A stretch of DNA of 63,902 nt, filler included, from Olpidium bornovanus S191 (taxonomy: Eukaryota > Fungi > Olpidiomycota): NCBI GenBank assembly GCA_017911155.1. It is 31 parts of 31 records of this genome, joined end to end, with 100 filler letters (N's around TTAATTAATTAA, not from the genome) between each part and the next. Parts side by side here need not be neighbours in the genome. Positions count along the whole stretch, not along the records: positions 35,383 to 37,184 come from JAEFCI010009241.1; positions 37,285 to 39,633 come from JAEFCI010009440.1; positions 39,734 to 43,510 come from JAEFCI010003464.1; positions 43,611 to 46,026 come from JAEFCI010012825.1; positions 46,127 to 48,646 come from JAEFCI010000714.1; 26 more parts are not named here. One strand, 5' to 3'. Shown here piece by piece: positions 35,668 to 48,746 of the stretch. The notes under the pieces are model-generated. The model ran no database searches. It had not been told where the DNA came from and was given only the letters and a program-made list of their open reading frames with translations. The stretch's first letter is position 1, and every line of letters starts with the position of its first letter. Both the position numbers and the translations under genes were made by a program.

Positions 35668-36960
35668 ATGACCGTCGGACTTCCCGTGGTCGACGTATCG
35701 CCGTACACGGTGACGCCTGTCGGAGGGAGGGTAGACGAGCTGCTCGCCGCGGAACGAAAGGCGTGCGCGGCGAAGATACACGACGCCATTAAGGAGTTCG
35801 GATTCCTGGTGAGGGAAGGAGGGCCTATCTGCGCGCTACACGCCGTTGCTCCAAGTCCAGGGCTCGTTCGACGCCGAGGCGCGGCTAACCGAAATCGGTC
35901 GTTTGCCTTTCGCGTGATTTCGGCTCTTTTGCTTTCTCCCGATCTGGACAGTACATAACTGTATGGGACCAAACTTCCCGCGGGAAAATTCTCGAGGTTA
36001 TCCTCCAACCTTAACTCCGTCCCTTCCCCTCCCCCCCTTCCCCTCCCCCCCTCCTCCTCTTTCTCTCATCCTTTGTACAGGGCCATAATGTACCGCAGCA
36101 GCACCTTGATCGCGCGATCTCCTTTGCCCACCAGTTCTTCGCTTTGGGAAGAGAGGAGAAAGAGAAAATTGGCATCTGGAACGAAGATCTCAGCCGGTGA
36201 GATGGCTTGATGTGCTTTTACCGGTCAGGCGCGCGGAAGTCTCTGCTATCGCGCGACCGTAAAGCCAAGTGCAACTATGCATCATGCCTTTTTTAACAGT
36301 GGTTACCAGCGCGTTGGCGACAATGTAACGCAGGGGAAGAGGGATTACCATGAGGTAACTGGGCACAACCAATAACAAGGCCCCTAACAAGTTTTTGCAT
36401 TATTAAGTGGCTCCTTTTTTTGCCGTTGTCTCGAAGGCGCTTGATTGTTACGCGCCGGCGCCGCCTGGTTTCCTGAAGAACGAGGTATCGCCGCACCCGC
36501 ACCTCTCGGGCCGAAACCAGTACCCGGCGGACGACGTTATCCGAGGATTCTGCGCGTTTTACGAGGAGACGTACGTTCCAGCGATGCTGGAGCTCGGTCG
36601 ACGAATGATGAAAGCCATTGCGGACGGGCTAGGACTTCCTCGCCACGACGAAATCGACGAGTTCGACGGGGAAGGGAAAGGCGGTTTAGACAAGTTTATC
36701 GACCGCTCCTTTTGGTGAGTATTGGGTTACACGCGTACTCCAAGTGTCGCTTTCTCCACTCCTGCCAAACTCCGGCTCTTTCACCGTCGGGGGGAGTGAA
36801 GGGTCATGCGCATCATTGGGTATCCCCCGTTGCAGCGGGATGCAGACGACGAGGCAGTAAGTTGCGGCGAACACACAGGTTAGTCGCAAGTTTTTTTGCC
36901 TGTCGATCGTTTCGGCACGATCGTTCTGATCACGGATACTTTAACCGTTGCAGACTACGG
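35668..36960 (+). CDS. 2OG-Fe(II) dioxygenase (DIOX_N / isopenicillin-N-synthase-like), multi-exon, 3'-partial
   Basis: LPVVDVSP...KIHDAIKEFGFL|GHNVPQQHLDRAISFAHQFFAL...GRNQYP...LGRRMMKAIADGLGL...FW|VMRIIGYP...CGEHT|DYG, giving the HxD iron ligand. Confidence 0.88.
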
Positions 36961-39900
36961 GTAGGCACATTAACAGGCGGCTTCCGTATGAGAGGAATGA
37001 CGAGGACAGCTGAGGCGCATGCGATTTGGCAGATGTTTGACGCTGCTGAACCAGGATTGTAATAAACGGTCCCTACTTGTGAGAAGCAAGGAAGGCGGAT
37101 GGATCTGGGCGAACCCCATAGAGGTCTGCTTATATCATATCAGCAGAAACTGTTAGTGGCTCTGTCTTCGCCAACGTTCTAACCNNNNNNNNNNNNNNNN
37201 NNNNNNNNNNNNNNNNNNNNNNNNNNNNTTAATTAATTAANNNNNNNNNNNNNNNNNNNNNNNNNNNNNNNNNNNNNNNNNNNNATGACCTCTGCGGAGA
37301 TACCGCAGGCACGCGGACGGGAATGTTATCTCGAATCTGGTTACTGAAATCTCCTTGGCGTTCCAAAAGTCTTCAACGGTTTTACTGCAAGCTCCGGCAA
37401 ACATGTGTCCGACAAGCGATCCATGTGCCACTGCGGTTTTTTTTTCGCCGGCGACGAGTCGGAGGGGACACGCGGTGGCGGCCATTTTACGGTCGCCGTC
37501 AAACTCAAAATCGTCACGTGCGAGCCTGTCACCGGCGAGTGCGCGGTGGGGCCACGGGAAGCTGGGGAACGGAAGAAAAAAAAAACAACTCTTTGGCGGT
37601 GCGAAACGCGCGATGTCCAGGAAAGACGACCCACGCCGAGCACACTGCAGGGCAAAAACTGTGAGCTGGTTTTTTGCGCGCGGCGCGTTTGCCAGATCGA
37701 TTTGCCGCGTCTGCTGGCAGCTCTCTTACCGCTCGAGCAAGCCCAAGCTTGCTTTTCTGACCGCCAGCCCTCGGCTGGTGCCAACTCCACTCACGCGCGT
37801 CTCCGTCAAGTTCGTCCGAAACGGGCCCTAGTCTCTCGCCGTTTACGCCGCCAAATCGGCGCGTGCACGGTTGAGAATCCCGCCTCGGCGCGGGAGTAAA
37901 AGATTTCCGTGATGGAGCCGCGGGGCCGAGTCCCCTCTGTCGTTTTAAAACGCCGTGACCGCGACTTAGGTGGTTCAGCAATGACAGCCGACTGAGCTCT
38001 GGCCTTGGGTCCACCGCGCGCGAACCGAAAATTCTCTCCCCCCTCCACGGATTTTGTTGCGTCGCGAGGGTTTTCGTGATCCGCGGAGTCTTTCTGCCGC
38101 CGCCGGCCCTCCCCCCCCTCTCCCTCCACCGCGTCGCGCGTTTGCTTGGCCGGCGTCCGACTTCCTGTCCGGAGGAGCCCTCCTCCGTCCTAGCTCGCGC
38201 CGCCACTCCGCTGTAGCCAGGCAGAGATCTCGCCGGTTGCGGGCCGGTCGGATTTTCCGCGCGCCCGTCCGTTCTGTAGTTGCAGCGCTCGCTTGCGGGC
38301 CGTCTCTGGTCACACACCCCCGCCGCAGCGAGCTCGCCCGCCGGGGCGTCCAGTCGACGACGGGCTCGCTGCTGTCTCCGCGAGCGTCGTCCGCTCGTTC
38401 GCCGAGATAAAAAAAAACCGCCTCGCTGTTCCGACTCCCAGGGTTCGCAGACTTCTTACCCGTCGCGTCCGGCGAGTCGGCGGACTCGTCGTTTTGGATT
38501 GCGGGTTCGGGAACAGAGAGGTCGTCGAGGGGGTGGAAGAGTCATTCGCAAACTGTGTGAATGTGAACTCGCTGCGTCCGTCGAAGGCTGCTCCCGCAGA
38601 CCTCTTCGCCGCTTCGAAACCGTTCTGATCAGGGAAATCCCCGCGGAGTCTGATGCGACTGTAAATGCAGGCCGAGAAGACAAATCTTGCTGAAACTCAG
38701 GCTGTTGCGACTCTGTCGGCGCTCGTCGTTGTCGTGCCGTATCGGAAAAAGCACTTCCCCACTCCTCTCCTCCACCCGCCCCGGGCGCGCGGCAGACTAC
38801 GTCACCCCCGCCAGCGGGGGGGGGGCTACCATGGCGCCCGGGTGCTTCGGCAGACGACAATCGCTAGAGCCTTCGTGGGTGTAATGCGCGAGAGGTTCTG
38901 GCTGCACTCGACGGCAAAGAGGGAACCGCAATAAAGAAAGCAGAAATCAAAGACGAAGAAACCGTCGTCAGGGAGTGGGGGGGGGGAGGGGAGGCCGGCT
39001 CAAAACGTGGTGACCGCGTATCGGCGCTTTACCCTCGCCCCGTCCGCGCCGAGTTCTTTGCCGATTCCAAGTGCTTTTTGGGCGACGCGGCCTGCCCTCC
39101 CGGGCCGGCCCTGTTTTGGGCAGAGCTACGCGCGACCCCCACACCCCACCACGTGCGAAAGCCAACCGCCGCTTGGCTCCGCCCACCATTTCGGGTTTTC
39201 CGGCTTTTTTTTTTCTGCCCTCCTCGGCCAAGCGTCATCCGCCTTCAGTTTCGGTTTGACACTTGCCTCGGCGCCTTCGTGACACGTGTTCCCAGTTTGG
39301 CCAGAGGGCTGCGATTCGTTTAGGCGCCCCGTCGATCCGACGTGTACCATGTTCGCCGCGTCTCGCGGCCTCGGCCAAGCGGGCAATTCAATTCGGCGTC
39401 CACCAGCCTAAGACGTGCACCTTTGTTACCACGTCTTATGACTCCCCTGCCTCTTCGGCCCAGAGTCCTCAACCGCCTGCGTGCGCCCCCCCGCCGCCGC
39501 CATCGGCTTGTCTGCTGCGCCGGTCATGGCTGATTCTGCGCCTGTCGTCTTTACGTGCACCTCGTTATCACGTCCGGCGACGAATGCGGGGCCGGGGGCA
39601 TAACTGTAGAAATGGGGGGCAAAGCACGCATGGNNNNNNNNNNNNNNNNNNNNNNNNNNNNNNNNNNNNNNNNNNNNTTAATTAATTAANNNNNNNNNNN
39701 NNNNNNNNNNNNNNNNNNNNNNNNNNNNNNNNNCATGCGTGACAAGTTTGTCCGTATTACGCGCTTTCGCGTAGATCAGGATGCAGAAACGGAGAAGTTT
39801 GTGTGAGTTTTAGCGAGATCGGGTTCGGGGCGGGATCGAGGTAGGATGTGTGACGCTTGCAAATTCCACTCATCAAGAGTTACGAGTATCTAGGCCTATT

Positions 39901-40949
39901 GTGGTGCAAAACGTAGACAGCGCCAGGATGCGCAGGCGACTCGTAACTACATACGTGAGGAGGCACACACGGACCACGCTGGCGCTTTGCGCACGTGAGT
40001 GTGAGCATGTGCGCGTGTGCGCGTGTGAGTGTGGGAACGTACTGTGGTGGGCCATGCCATGCGAGGGAATCCCATGCGGACAGCCCCGTGGGTGTGGATC
40101 CCGTGCGTGCGGATCAAACTTCTGTGCATCCCACGCGTGCCCGCAGTCGCGCGACCTGGGAAACACACCATTTTGGACGCGTCGTGGGTGTGTCTAGTGG
40201 ACGGTCACGTGACGGAGACGCGACGCTCAGGCTGCGCCTGTGAACCATGGCGACATACGCAGACCCTATCTCGCTGTTGCTCGGCGGAAATGGTAAAGCA
40301 CGATGGCGACAAAGCCGCCCTGATCTGCCCGGCTGCAGCACATATTGCCCCGCATATGAAGGTCATCGGGATAAGCTCCAAAAGTCTCTGTACGCTGCGG
40401 CGAGGCGGCACCTGCCTCCGCCTCCCTGTCTCCCTCCCCCGGCCCCGCCCCCTCCCTCGTTTGCAAACGAGCAAAACGAGGCCGAATCCTCCGCGCGTCA
40501 GCGCGGGCGCAGTCGGGGAGGGCCGGATTTTTCGTCGCCGTCTGCCGGACCCCGCGGGCCGCGCATCGGCGGACGGGGGCAGAACTCCGCTCTCGACGCT
40601 GCCGAGTCTGAACAGGTTTAAGCCCGCCTCGCAGAGAAACGGCGGACCGGGGGAGTCGCCGGGCAGCCATTTTCGTCCGTCTGCAGACCGCCGCCACCGA
40701 TCGCGCCGCACCGGCCCGGATCAAACTTCTGAGGAGCGCGCAAAGCTCCCGCGCTCCCCCGCCAGCTCAGATACAAAGCCGCCGCAGCCTCTTCGCCTGT
40801 AACCGGTGTGCCCGGAGCCGGCGGGATAACGAACCTGTGCGCCGTGCGAGCCGTCCGCCGGGTTGGACGAGCGAGGGGTCGACAGCAAACGTTCGGGTCT
40901 ATCTCACATTTGCGGGCGAAGATGTCAGCGCTATCGCCAAGCCGGCGTC

Positions 40950-41800
40950 CGACACTGCTTCCGCTGTTTACGCTGGATGCACAACGAATGGCAATCACTC
41001 ATCACATTAAGGGAATCCCCGGCAGGTAAAATCCACTGGCCCAGGATTGCCGCAAACTTCCCTGGGAAATCTGTTGCTTCTGTAATATTACGGTACCACG
41101 GCTTGCGACCTGCTATCCGCAAGTTTCGCCCCAACCCCTGGGACAAGGAGGAACTATCAAACGCCGTTTTGCTTTTGCAAAATGGTGAATCCTTCAGAAA
41201 ATTTACCGATATTCTCAAATCGCAGAGAAACGTCGGAACCCTGAAGTGTAGAGTCTCCTTGTAAGCGAGTTGGTTCCCTGAGCGTCCATGGTCGACGACT
41301 AGGGATTTTGACGTTGTCTATGCGCATTGTGCACAGAATATAGATCTCTTTTCGTCCGCACGCCGCCGTTGAAGCTTTCTTTCGACGGTGGCTTGCCGAG
41401 GATATCAAAAAGCTAATGCAACTTCGCAGCACCTGTCCTCCTACGCACTGGGGCCAAATAGGACAGATCTTGATGAGATCACCTGGCGCTTGCTACGCTA
41501 AGGTAGTTTATTAGCCGTGTGATGCTGCCAGTCTAAGCTGCAAAACGAATCTAACTGCTCTTTGTCTATTCGAGTTCCACGCTAAGTGTGATACTGTAAG
41601 AAAAGCGCTCGATCCTTCGAACGACAAAACGTCGACAGCCAGCCGAAGAATGCTGCGCAAACCGTGGACGTCCGATGAGAAAGGCAAGATGGAATCTTTT
41701 ATTCGGCACATCCACGAATCCCCCAAGTGGGGGGAGATATATTTTGCTGCTTCCCCGGCAGATCATTGGACGGGGTGGAAATAATGGTACGAACGTCGGA
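40950..41800 (+). CDS. Protein with several divergent Myb/SANT-like repeats
   Basis: KIHWPRIAANFPGKS, PNPWDKEEL, RRWLAEDIKKLMQLR...THWGQIGQILMRSPGACYAK and RKPWTSDEKGK..., separated by apparent introns. Exact gene structure unresolved. Confidence 0.55.
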
Positions 41801-44800
41801 AAAGGCTTACCAGCGGATCCGCTCGCCGCATCCCGTTCACAAAGCGCGCGCTTTGCCCACGTCAGTGGCGGAAACTCTCGGCGCTTTAACAGGAGAGAGG
41901 CGAAAGGAACAAAGGCGCAGGCGGAGCGACGGCAGAATGCGGCAGCGGCGGCCGCGAACCGGCTGCCTGATGGGTTTGGACAGGCGGCTAATCCCCTCCG
42001 ACTACTTGGAACTGCGGATCGTGCGAGGAGGGCGACGATAAAAGGGCGCTCGACAATAATTTGATACAAAAACGAAAAATTGCCAAACCAGTGCAAAAAA
42101 CGGCCTATGTGCACTAGATTCCTGACGACCCGCCCCTTTCTGCCTGGCCATTGGCGCGTCCCAACAGAATAACGCTGGCCCCACCTCACTGCAATGGTAC
42201 AAAGCGCTCGATTTTACGTCGCGTGTTTTCGTGAAGCTCGGCAGCGTTGCCTCCGCGGCCACAGCAGGTGTCCCTGGACACGGGTCAAATAAGCGGAGGG
42301 ACGGGCGGCGTTAAACGTTGTTTCGTTCCGTTTTGGAAAAAGTCGCAGACGAGAAATAACGGAGAACAACAATCTGCGGCTGGTTAGATGTTCAGGAAAT
42401 AGGACAGGTCCCTTCGGTTTGGTTCGAGAAGGGGCCACGGGCCCAACCGCCGCGCATGGGACGGGTCTTTTGAATTCCATACGTGAAGCGGGCGCGGTCC
42501 CGACCGTCCACACGCATCCTGTGGGGTTCGGTGCGTAAAGGAAAATCAGTTCGAATTATCTGCCGAAAGCGGGTCAGCTGTGGCTTCGCGCCCGCACGGT
42601 ATCCGACCGCCTGCCGACGGAGGGCCAGAAGTTGGTTCACGTCCAAGAGCGTCAAGGTAGCCTGAAAAACACAGCCCCGTGGATTCTGCGAGGTCTGCGA
42701 AGCCTGCGAGGTTTGCAAAGTCTGGGAAGTCTGCGGAGGCTGCGAGAGATGTCTGCGCGGGGCGGTTTGACGGGGCGTTTTTTTTTAACACGAAGAGTTC
42801 GTGCTGCGCGAGATTGGGAAGGAGCGGCGCGAATGCAGCGGAAGGCGCTCAAAATGAGAAAGACTGCTTCGACGGGCGGGCCTCCGCCGACTTTTTCAGG
42901 ACTTTTCGATGGGCGACGGCGGGGACGGAACGCCGGAGCGTCGAAGGCGCCTCCGACCGGAGGGTGCCAGGACTTTTTCGCTCTATTTGGAACCACCTAC
43001 GGCCGGCGCTACAAGAGACGGGCTGCCATGGGAGAAAACGACGGCCGAAGTGAGCCAAGCGGGAAACGGGAGTACAACTCTCTGTAGCCCCGCAGCTCGG
43101 TCACCACAACGAAATGGCTCCGGGGTCTCGCGGACGATCTTGGAGCGTGGTCAGGGAAGGCCAAAGCGGCGAACGAGGGGGCAAGCTCGCCGGGCAGCGG
43201 CCCGGCGCACAGGAATTACCGTGTTAGTGAGTAATGTTTCATTTTTTTTTCTCAGCCAGCACGTCGGATTTCCGCGTTGCCGGCCAATCGGTGTTAACAC
43301 GGCGTTTGATCCGGCAGCGGCCCGCGATCGTGAGCGACAATAAACTAATCATAGAGCCGGTACCGCAGGGCGCTGCCGCGCGGGCTGTACATGGCCGGGA
43401 GGGGATGGAGTTACGCTGCCGTCTTACGCGGTCTGGGTGGGACGGAAATCGCAAAGCAGGAATTGAGGATTGCCGAGTTGGTCTGAGGCGAATTACGGCT
43501 CTGGCAAGGGNNNNNNNNNNNNNNNNNNNNNNNNNNNNNNNNNNNNNNNNNNNNTTAATTAATTAANNNNNNNNNNNNNNNNNNNNNNNNNNNNNNNNNN
43601 NNNNNNNNNNCCCCCCCCCCAAACCCCCCCAACCAAAGGCCCCCCCCCCTCCCCCCCCCCCCCCCCCGCGCCCCCCCCCCCCCCCCCCCCCGTTGTTCTC
43701 CCTCCCCGCACGCGGTGACGCCTGCTCGCCATGGACCGGCTGGCGCCCCCCGCGCCTTCCTTCGTGGACGGCCGACCGGCTCCGCTCGCGTTGCCCTTGT
43801 CGGCACTCCCGCCCGCTGCCTCCTCCGCGGGCGTCGCCGGGCCGCCCACGCCGACGCCTTCGCCCGCCGCCACACGCTTCAAAGTCAAGCTGCGCCTGCG
43901 CGGGCGGCCGAAGAGCGCCGACAGCCCGGGAGACGGCGGCACGGCCCCCGCTGTCCCTGCCGTGCACTCGCCAGCCGAGGCGGCCGGTGGCGCCCGGCTG
44001 CCGCCGCTATCCGCCCGCCCCGCCCAGCTTCCGCATCATGAGATCCATCCGCGGGTTGCCTCCGATGCCGCAGAAGGGAGCGTTCTACCGGGCGGCGGGG
44101 CGGCCGCGGCCCCGCTCGCAGCAGGGCCCCCCGATCCGCCGCAAACCGCCGGTGCTACCGGTGCGCTCGAGCCCACGGTTGAAATTTCGAGGCGCCCGGA
44201 AGATGGAAACTCGGCGCAAGGAGCGTCAAGTGAAGCGGCCGCTGGGCTGCCTGCATCGGCGCCGTCGAAGAAACGAATAAGGAAGAACTCGTCTTCATCC
44301 CTGCCGACGAAGGTTGCCAAGCTGCACCGGTCCGCGTGAGTCTTGGTTTGCTGCGAGGTCGGCGGGCGTTCCGCTGCACCTGTCTGTGATCTGGTTTTTT
44401 TTTGCCATGCTTTTGTGTCTCACGCGTTTTCAACCGCGGCTTGTTTTCGGCGGATTCCTCGCTGAATAGAGGTTTACCGACGCCGGGTATTCCGGAAACC
44501 GTCAACCCGGGCTCTCCCGCCGCGAACCTTAACGGTAGGCGATTTTTCTCTTTCTTAAGATGTGGCACCTTTTTCCACGGGGCGAATGGCGGGCCGCTTC
44601 CTCCTAAACGCTAATTCTTCGAGCGCACTGCCCCGTCCGCCGTCCCTTCACGATTATCAAAGGACCTCCACAGCCAGCCCCCTCCGATTCGCGACAGGGG
44701 ACTCCGCCGCCTGCGCGTGCGCAGAATTCGGCATCACAGGAAGATGGAGTCAAAGACAAAAATGCGCGCCCAAGAAAGTGGAATTACGGGCCCGTCTCAA

Positions 44801-44943
44801 TTCTGACTCTAGGGGGTGGCGAGTTGGTGATTTGCATGTGGAGCACTGGTAAGCAGCAGCAACTTTGAGTGACGCTGGTGAGGCGCAGGCTCGTTAATCG
44901 TAATGGGTCGCTGAAGTTCTTCCCTTGACGGGCTATGTTTTAG

Positions 44944-45386
44944 ACCAACCGCCCACGTTTCCGCCGCGCAACCAACAAGCAGCGAGCAGTGACGCGCACG
45001 TCGACCCGGCGTTCTCCGTTGCCGGCGAGGTCTCAGGGACACCGGTCAACAGCGCCGTCGCCGCTGCGGCTGCCGACCTGCAGACCCCGGCTGTCCCTTC
45101 TCCGAAGCCTACTCCTGTGTTCGACCCGTCGTATCCGCACGTGTGTCCGTATGGGGAGTCGCTGGGCTGCGTGCGGGCGTTCCCTACGAAGGGCAAGCTG
45201 GCAATGCACATTCTCACCGTGCACGGGCCGAAAACGCACGCGTGTGCGATGTGCCCCAAGAAGTTCGCCAGCGTCACGCAGCTGGTGCGCCACCGCAAAA
45301 CGCACGATAATCCCGTCGGACGAGCCGCCGCCGCCGCCGCCGCCGCAGCAGCAGCAGCAGCAGCCGACCAAGGGCGGCAGCAGTAG
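44944..45386 (+). CDS. C2H2 zinc-finger protein (two fingers), last exon
   Basis: CPYGESLGCVRAFPTKGKLAMHILTVH and HACAMCPKKFASVTQLVRHRKTH, followed by poly-Ala. Confidence 0.85.
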
Positions 45387-47056
45387 GAGCCACGGTCCGC
45401 ATAAGCAAAATTTTTGGGAGGGCGTGCCGAGGAAACCGGCAATAGACCGCGACATAGTCGGCGGCCTTCGTACGGCCATGCCAACGCCGAGCCGTGTTTT
45501 CCGGATATTCTGGCCGACCGCCATGAGCCGATAGCACGACTTCCGGGTTTATTTTGCGTTAGCTCGAAGAGTTCTTTCGTGGATCCGAACGAGACGACAC
45601 GCTCCTCGTCAGTCGGACCTCTGTGTTCCCTGGACGGTGCTCGGATTTCGTTCTTGGTCGAACTCATCAATCAGCCCGTTTACCCGAATTACGCTGACGA
45701 TGCTAGCCGGAAGGTGCCTCGTGTCACTGTGCCGGCAGGTACGGGGCGTGACGAAGTGTGGGCAACGGCGATGCGGTGCGATCGCGAGGAAGGGTATGTG
45801 CCCCGCTCGAGCATGAAGGTTGTCATTGAAGTTGGAGGGCGGTCGGCGATTGGAAGCACCGGGCGACGGGAGGTTGCCCTCGCAAGGAGCGGTGCACGGA
45901 GGACATCATGTCGAAGCTCTGAAGGAGCTCGATCCAGGCGGCCTGCCGCCTTGAGAGCTGCGGCTGGGTCTGGAGCCACTTCAGAGCTTGGTGGTTGGTC
46001 TTGGCGGTGAACGGGCGGCCTTCGACNNNNNNNNNNNNNNNNNNNNNNNNNNNNNNNNNNNNNNNNNNNNTTAATTAATTAANNNNNNNNNNNNNNNNNN
46101 NNNNNNNNNNNNNNNNNNNNNNNNNNCATGCCCTCGAAGACCATCCAGATGCTGTTGTCCCAGCTGCGTAGCCTACTTGCCGTGCGCCGCGGATTTCCTC
46201 TGGGGCTGCCGCGACGACACGCGTTTTACGCCGAGGACTTTTTTTTACCTAGCGCGGTGCTGTGTCATAGGTCTAATATCTGCCACGCTGTACCATCCCT
46301 CTTTCTACTTCACTGCCAACTGGTCTTGGCGGTCAGCGAGCGACAAAGCTTATTGGTTTGTGCCAAACATTTGGAGACCGAGAGTGCCGAAACCAAAGAG
46401 AAAATCAGACAAAACAGTGTATTAGAGTTATACACGGTCCGGGCCCGGCGCACATACCGCTGCGTGCGCGGGGCCCATCGTTCTCGCGAACATGATCCAG
46501 TTCGGTATTCTCTGGACGGTCGGGTGACCTGGACGCTGGCTTGTCCGCGTCTGGACTTCGATGGCTTTGTTGCCAAACCAACTTGTTCCCCGCTCCTCCC
46601 AATAATAGGAGCGGGACATGCGGACGCCGGCCCCGCGGTGCAAATCGCCATGTTTTTGCGGTGAAGCCCTTCTTCGTCAGCGCTCGTTTCACAATGCGGT
46701 TCGGTTCGCCGCGGGCCAAGTTCTGCCGTACCAATCGCACCTGTAGTCCTTGTGCATCAGTGGCCATAAACCTCTGCAATGTTGTGTGTGAACCTCTGCT
46801 CGAAATTAATTGACTAGGGAACTTCGACCACCTCTGGCTCGAGACCACTTCGGCCAGGACGCTGTTGAAGAGCGGTGAGGTCGGAGATCCCAGGGCTCTG
46901 GCGAGTCATCGGGAGTGGAGATTCCGTAGCCATCGGGACGGGCAGAGGTCGCCACGCGACAAAATACTCGACGAAAATCATAGTACCATACAGCCGATCA
47001 TTAACATCACACTTCCGTCGCTGGCTGAAGTGTATGTTTCACAGCCAGCTGCGATT

Positions 47057-47091
<35 letters not shown>

Positions 47092-47499
47092 GGGCCGGGG
47101 GGTTTTGCCTAGCAGAGCGCCGCCACCGGGCGTTGTTCCGTCTCGGAGACGAGGGAGAAGGAGGAGATGCCCGCAGCGCAACGAAAAGCCTTGACTTCTT
47201 CGCCCTCTGTCTGGGCTGTTCTGTCCTGTCTGGTCTGTGTATTGGGCCGATAGCAGTAGATCTGATCCACTCCAAGCCTACTTTTACGGGGGGCGGCCCA
47301 GAAATAGGAAGGGTTTCTCTCCACCAAGCACGCACAAGAGGAAAAAAAAGCGGGCGGCGGGGGGCTGGTGTAGAAAAGAATAAAGGGCCGGCGGTTTGCC
47401 TTTTCCAAGGCAGAAGTCATAGCGGCAACTGAAGCGTACCGGGAACTTCCGTCAAGTCTACGGGGCTGTAACCGGCGGCCACACCCCAACTCCGCTGAA

Positions 47500-47715
47500 G
47501 ATAGATCACCAGGGCGCCTTTGCTGTCGCCTCCGACGCTCGTCGCATATCCAAGCGATCCAAGCGCATGTAGACCTGTCATCTCTATGCGCTCGAGTGCA
47601 CTTCAGACGGCAAAGTTGCGCCGTCCTCGGTCCTGTCGGCAGACAACTTTGCAGACGGCTTCACAAAAGGTCTCCGTGGTCCTGACTTGGCCAAGTTTTG
47701 TGACTTGCTTAGTGT
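47500..47715 (+). mobile_element. Degenerate Ty1/copia RNase H C-terminus
   Basis: SKRSKRM*...ECTSDGKV...ADNFADGFTKGL. Confidence 0.7.
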
Positions 47716-47959
47716 TTGCCTTTGTCCTGGTTCATAGACGTTTTCCCTCTCGTCAAAAAAGAATTCATCAAGATGGGCATCCCGTCAAGGTCAAGAAGCT
47801 TGAGCAAGCAGGACCAACAAAATTTCTCCGTTCTTCCTTCTTTCCTCTTACCCTATTTCTTCCATTACTCCTTTGTGAAGTTGACCAACTTTTCTGGCCC
47901 TTTGTCCGACCTCTTTTTGATCAGTACCCACGTTCTCTTTGAATTATCCCATACTACCT

Positions 47960-48420
47960 TTTCTGTAATCACTTTCGTTCGAGGAAGGATGTTGAAAATT
48001 ACGACGGACGCTCTTCTTCCCCTTCCCCCTTTCCGACACACACCGAATATAAACTTTGCCGGAGAAGATCACCGGGAAATTGATCAAAATTCATCGCACA
48101 GACCGAGGAGAACAATACCTCTTTGGCACGTAAGAGACCTTCCTCCACAAGGCATTCAAAGTCAACTCACGATTTGTGAAAACCTGCCCAGAACGACACC
48201 GCCGAGCGCTTCCAGCATACAATCAAAAAGAGAGTTTGTGTAATTCTTTTTGCATGTTTTACCTCTTTTTTTTGTTGGCCAGAAACTTAGAAGCCGGTGG
48301 ACGCATTTACCACCTCTCTCAACACCGTGCACATAAAAATTTGATCATCGATCCTGCTAACAACTCAAAGTTACGCGCTGACCATGAGTGTTTGGACCTT
48401 ATGCGATCCAGATGACGTCG
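47960..48420 (+). mobile_element. Degenerate Ty1/copia integrase core
   Basis: GRMLKITTD and KPAQNDTAERFQHTIKKRVCVIL resemble K.IK.LRTD and PQQNGVAER.NRT; stops present. Confidence 0.62.
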
Positions 48421-48746
48421 ATGCTCCTGCCGTCTCCGGCCGGACAGTCGGAAGTATCGGAATTTCCATATCTTCGTCGTCGTCCGTTGCTGACGACGAC
48501 TGCAGCTCACGCCACGCCTGGTTTCCCATGTTTCTCCTATTTCTCGCCTCGTTGACTGCCAAGGGTTGTGCAGATCCCCTTCGCCTAATCCTGCCCGGGA
48601 GCGCCACTTATAGCAAAGTAAATCGTGCAGTCGAAAAGCGGACAGCNNNNNNNNNNNNNNNNNNNNNNNNNNNNNNNNNNNNNNNNNNNNTTAATTAATT
48701 AANNNNNNNNNNNNNNNNNNNNNNNNNNNNNNNNNNNNNNNNNNNN

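Noticed and set aside
37285-37420. Possible Ser/Thr phosphatase N-terminal fragment
   Set aside because: Weak resemblance; no GDxHG motif found downstream.
45600-45830. SH3-like peptide (W...EEGYVP)
   Set aside because: Only the last SH3 motif is present; no ALYDY-type start or supporting exon structure.
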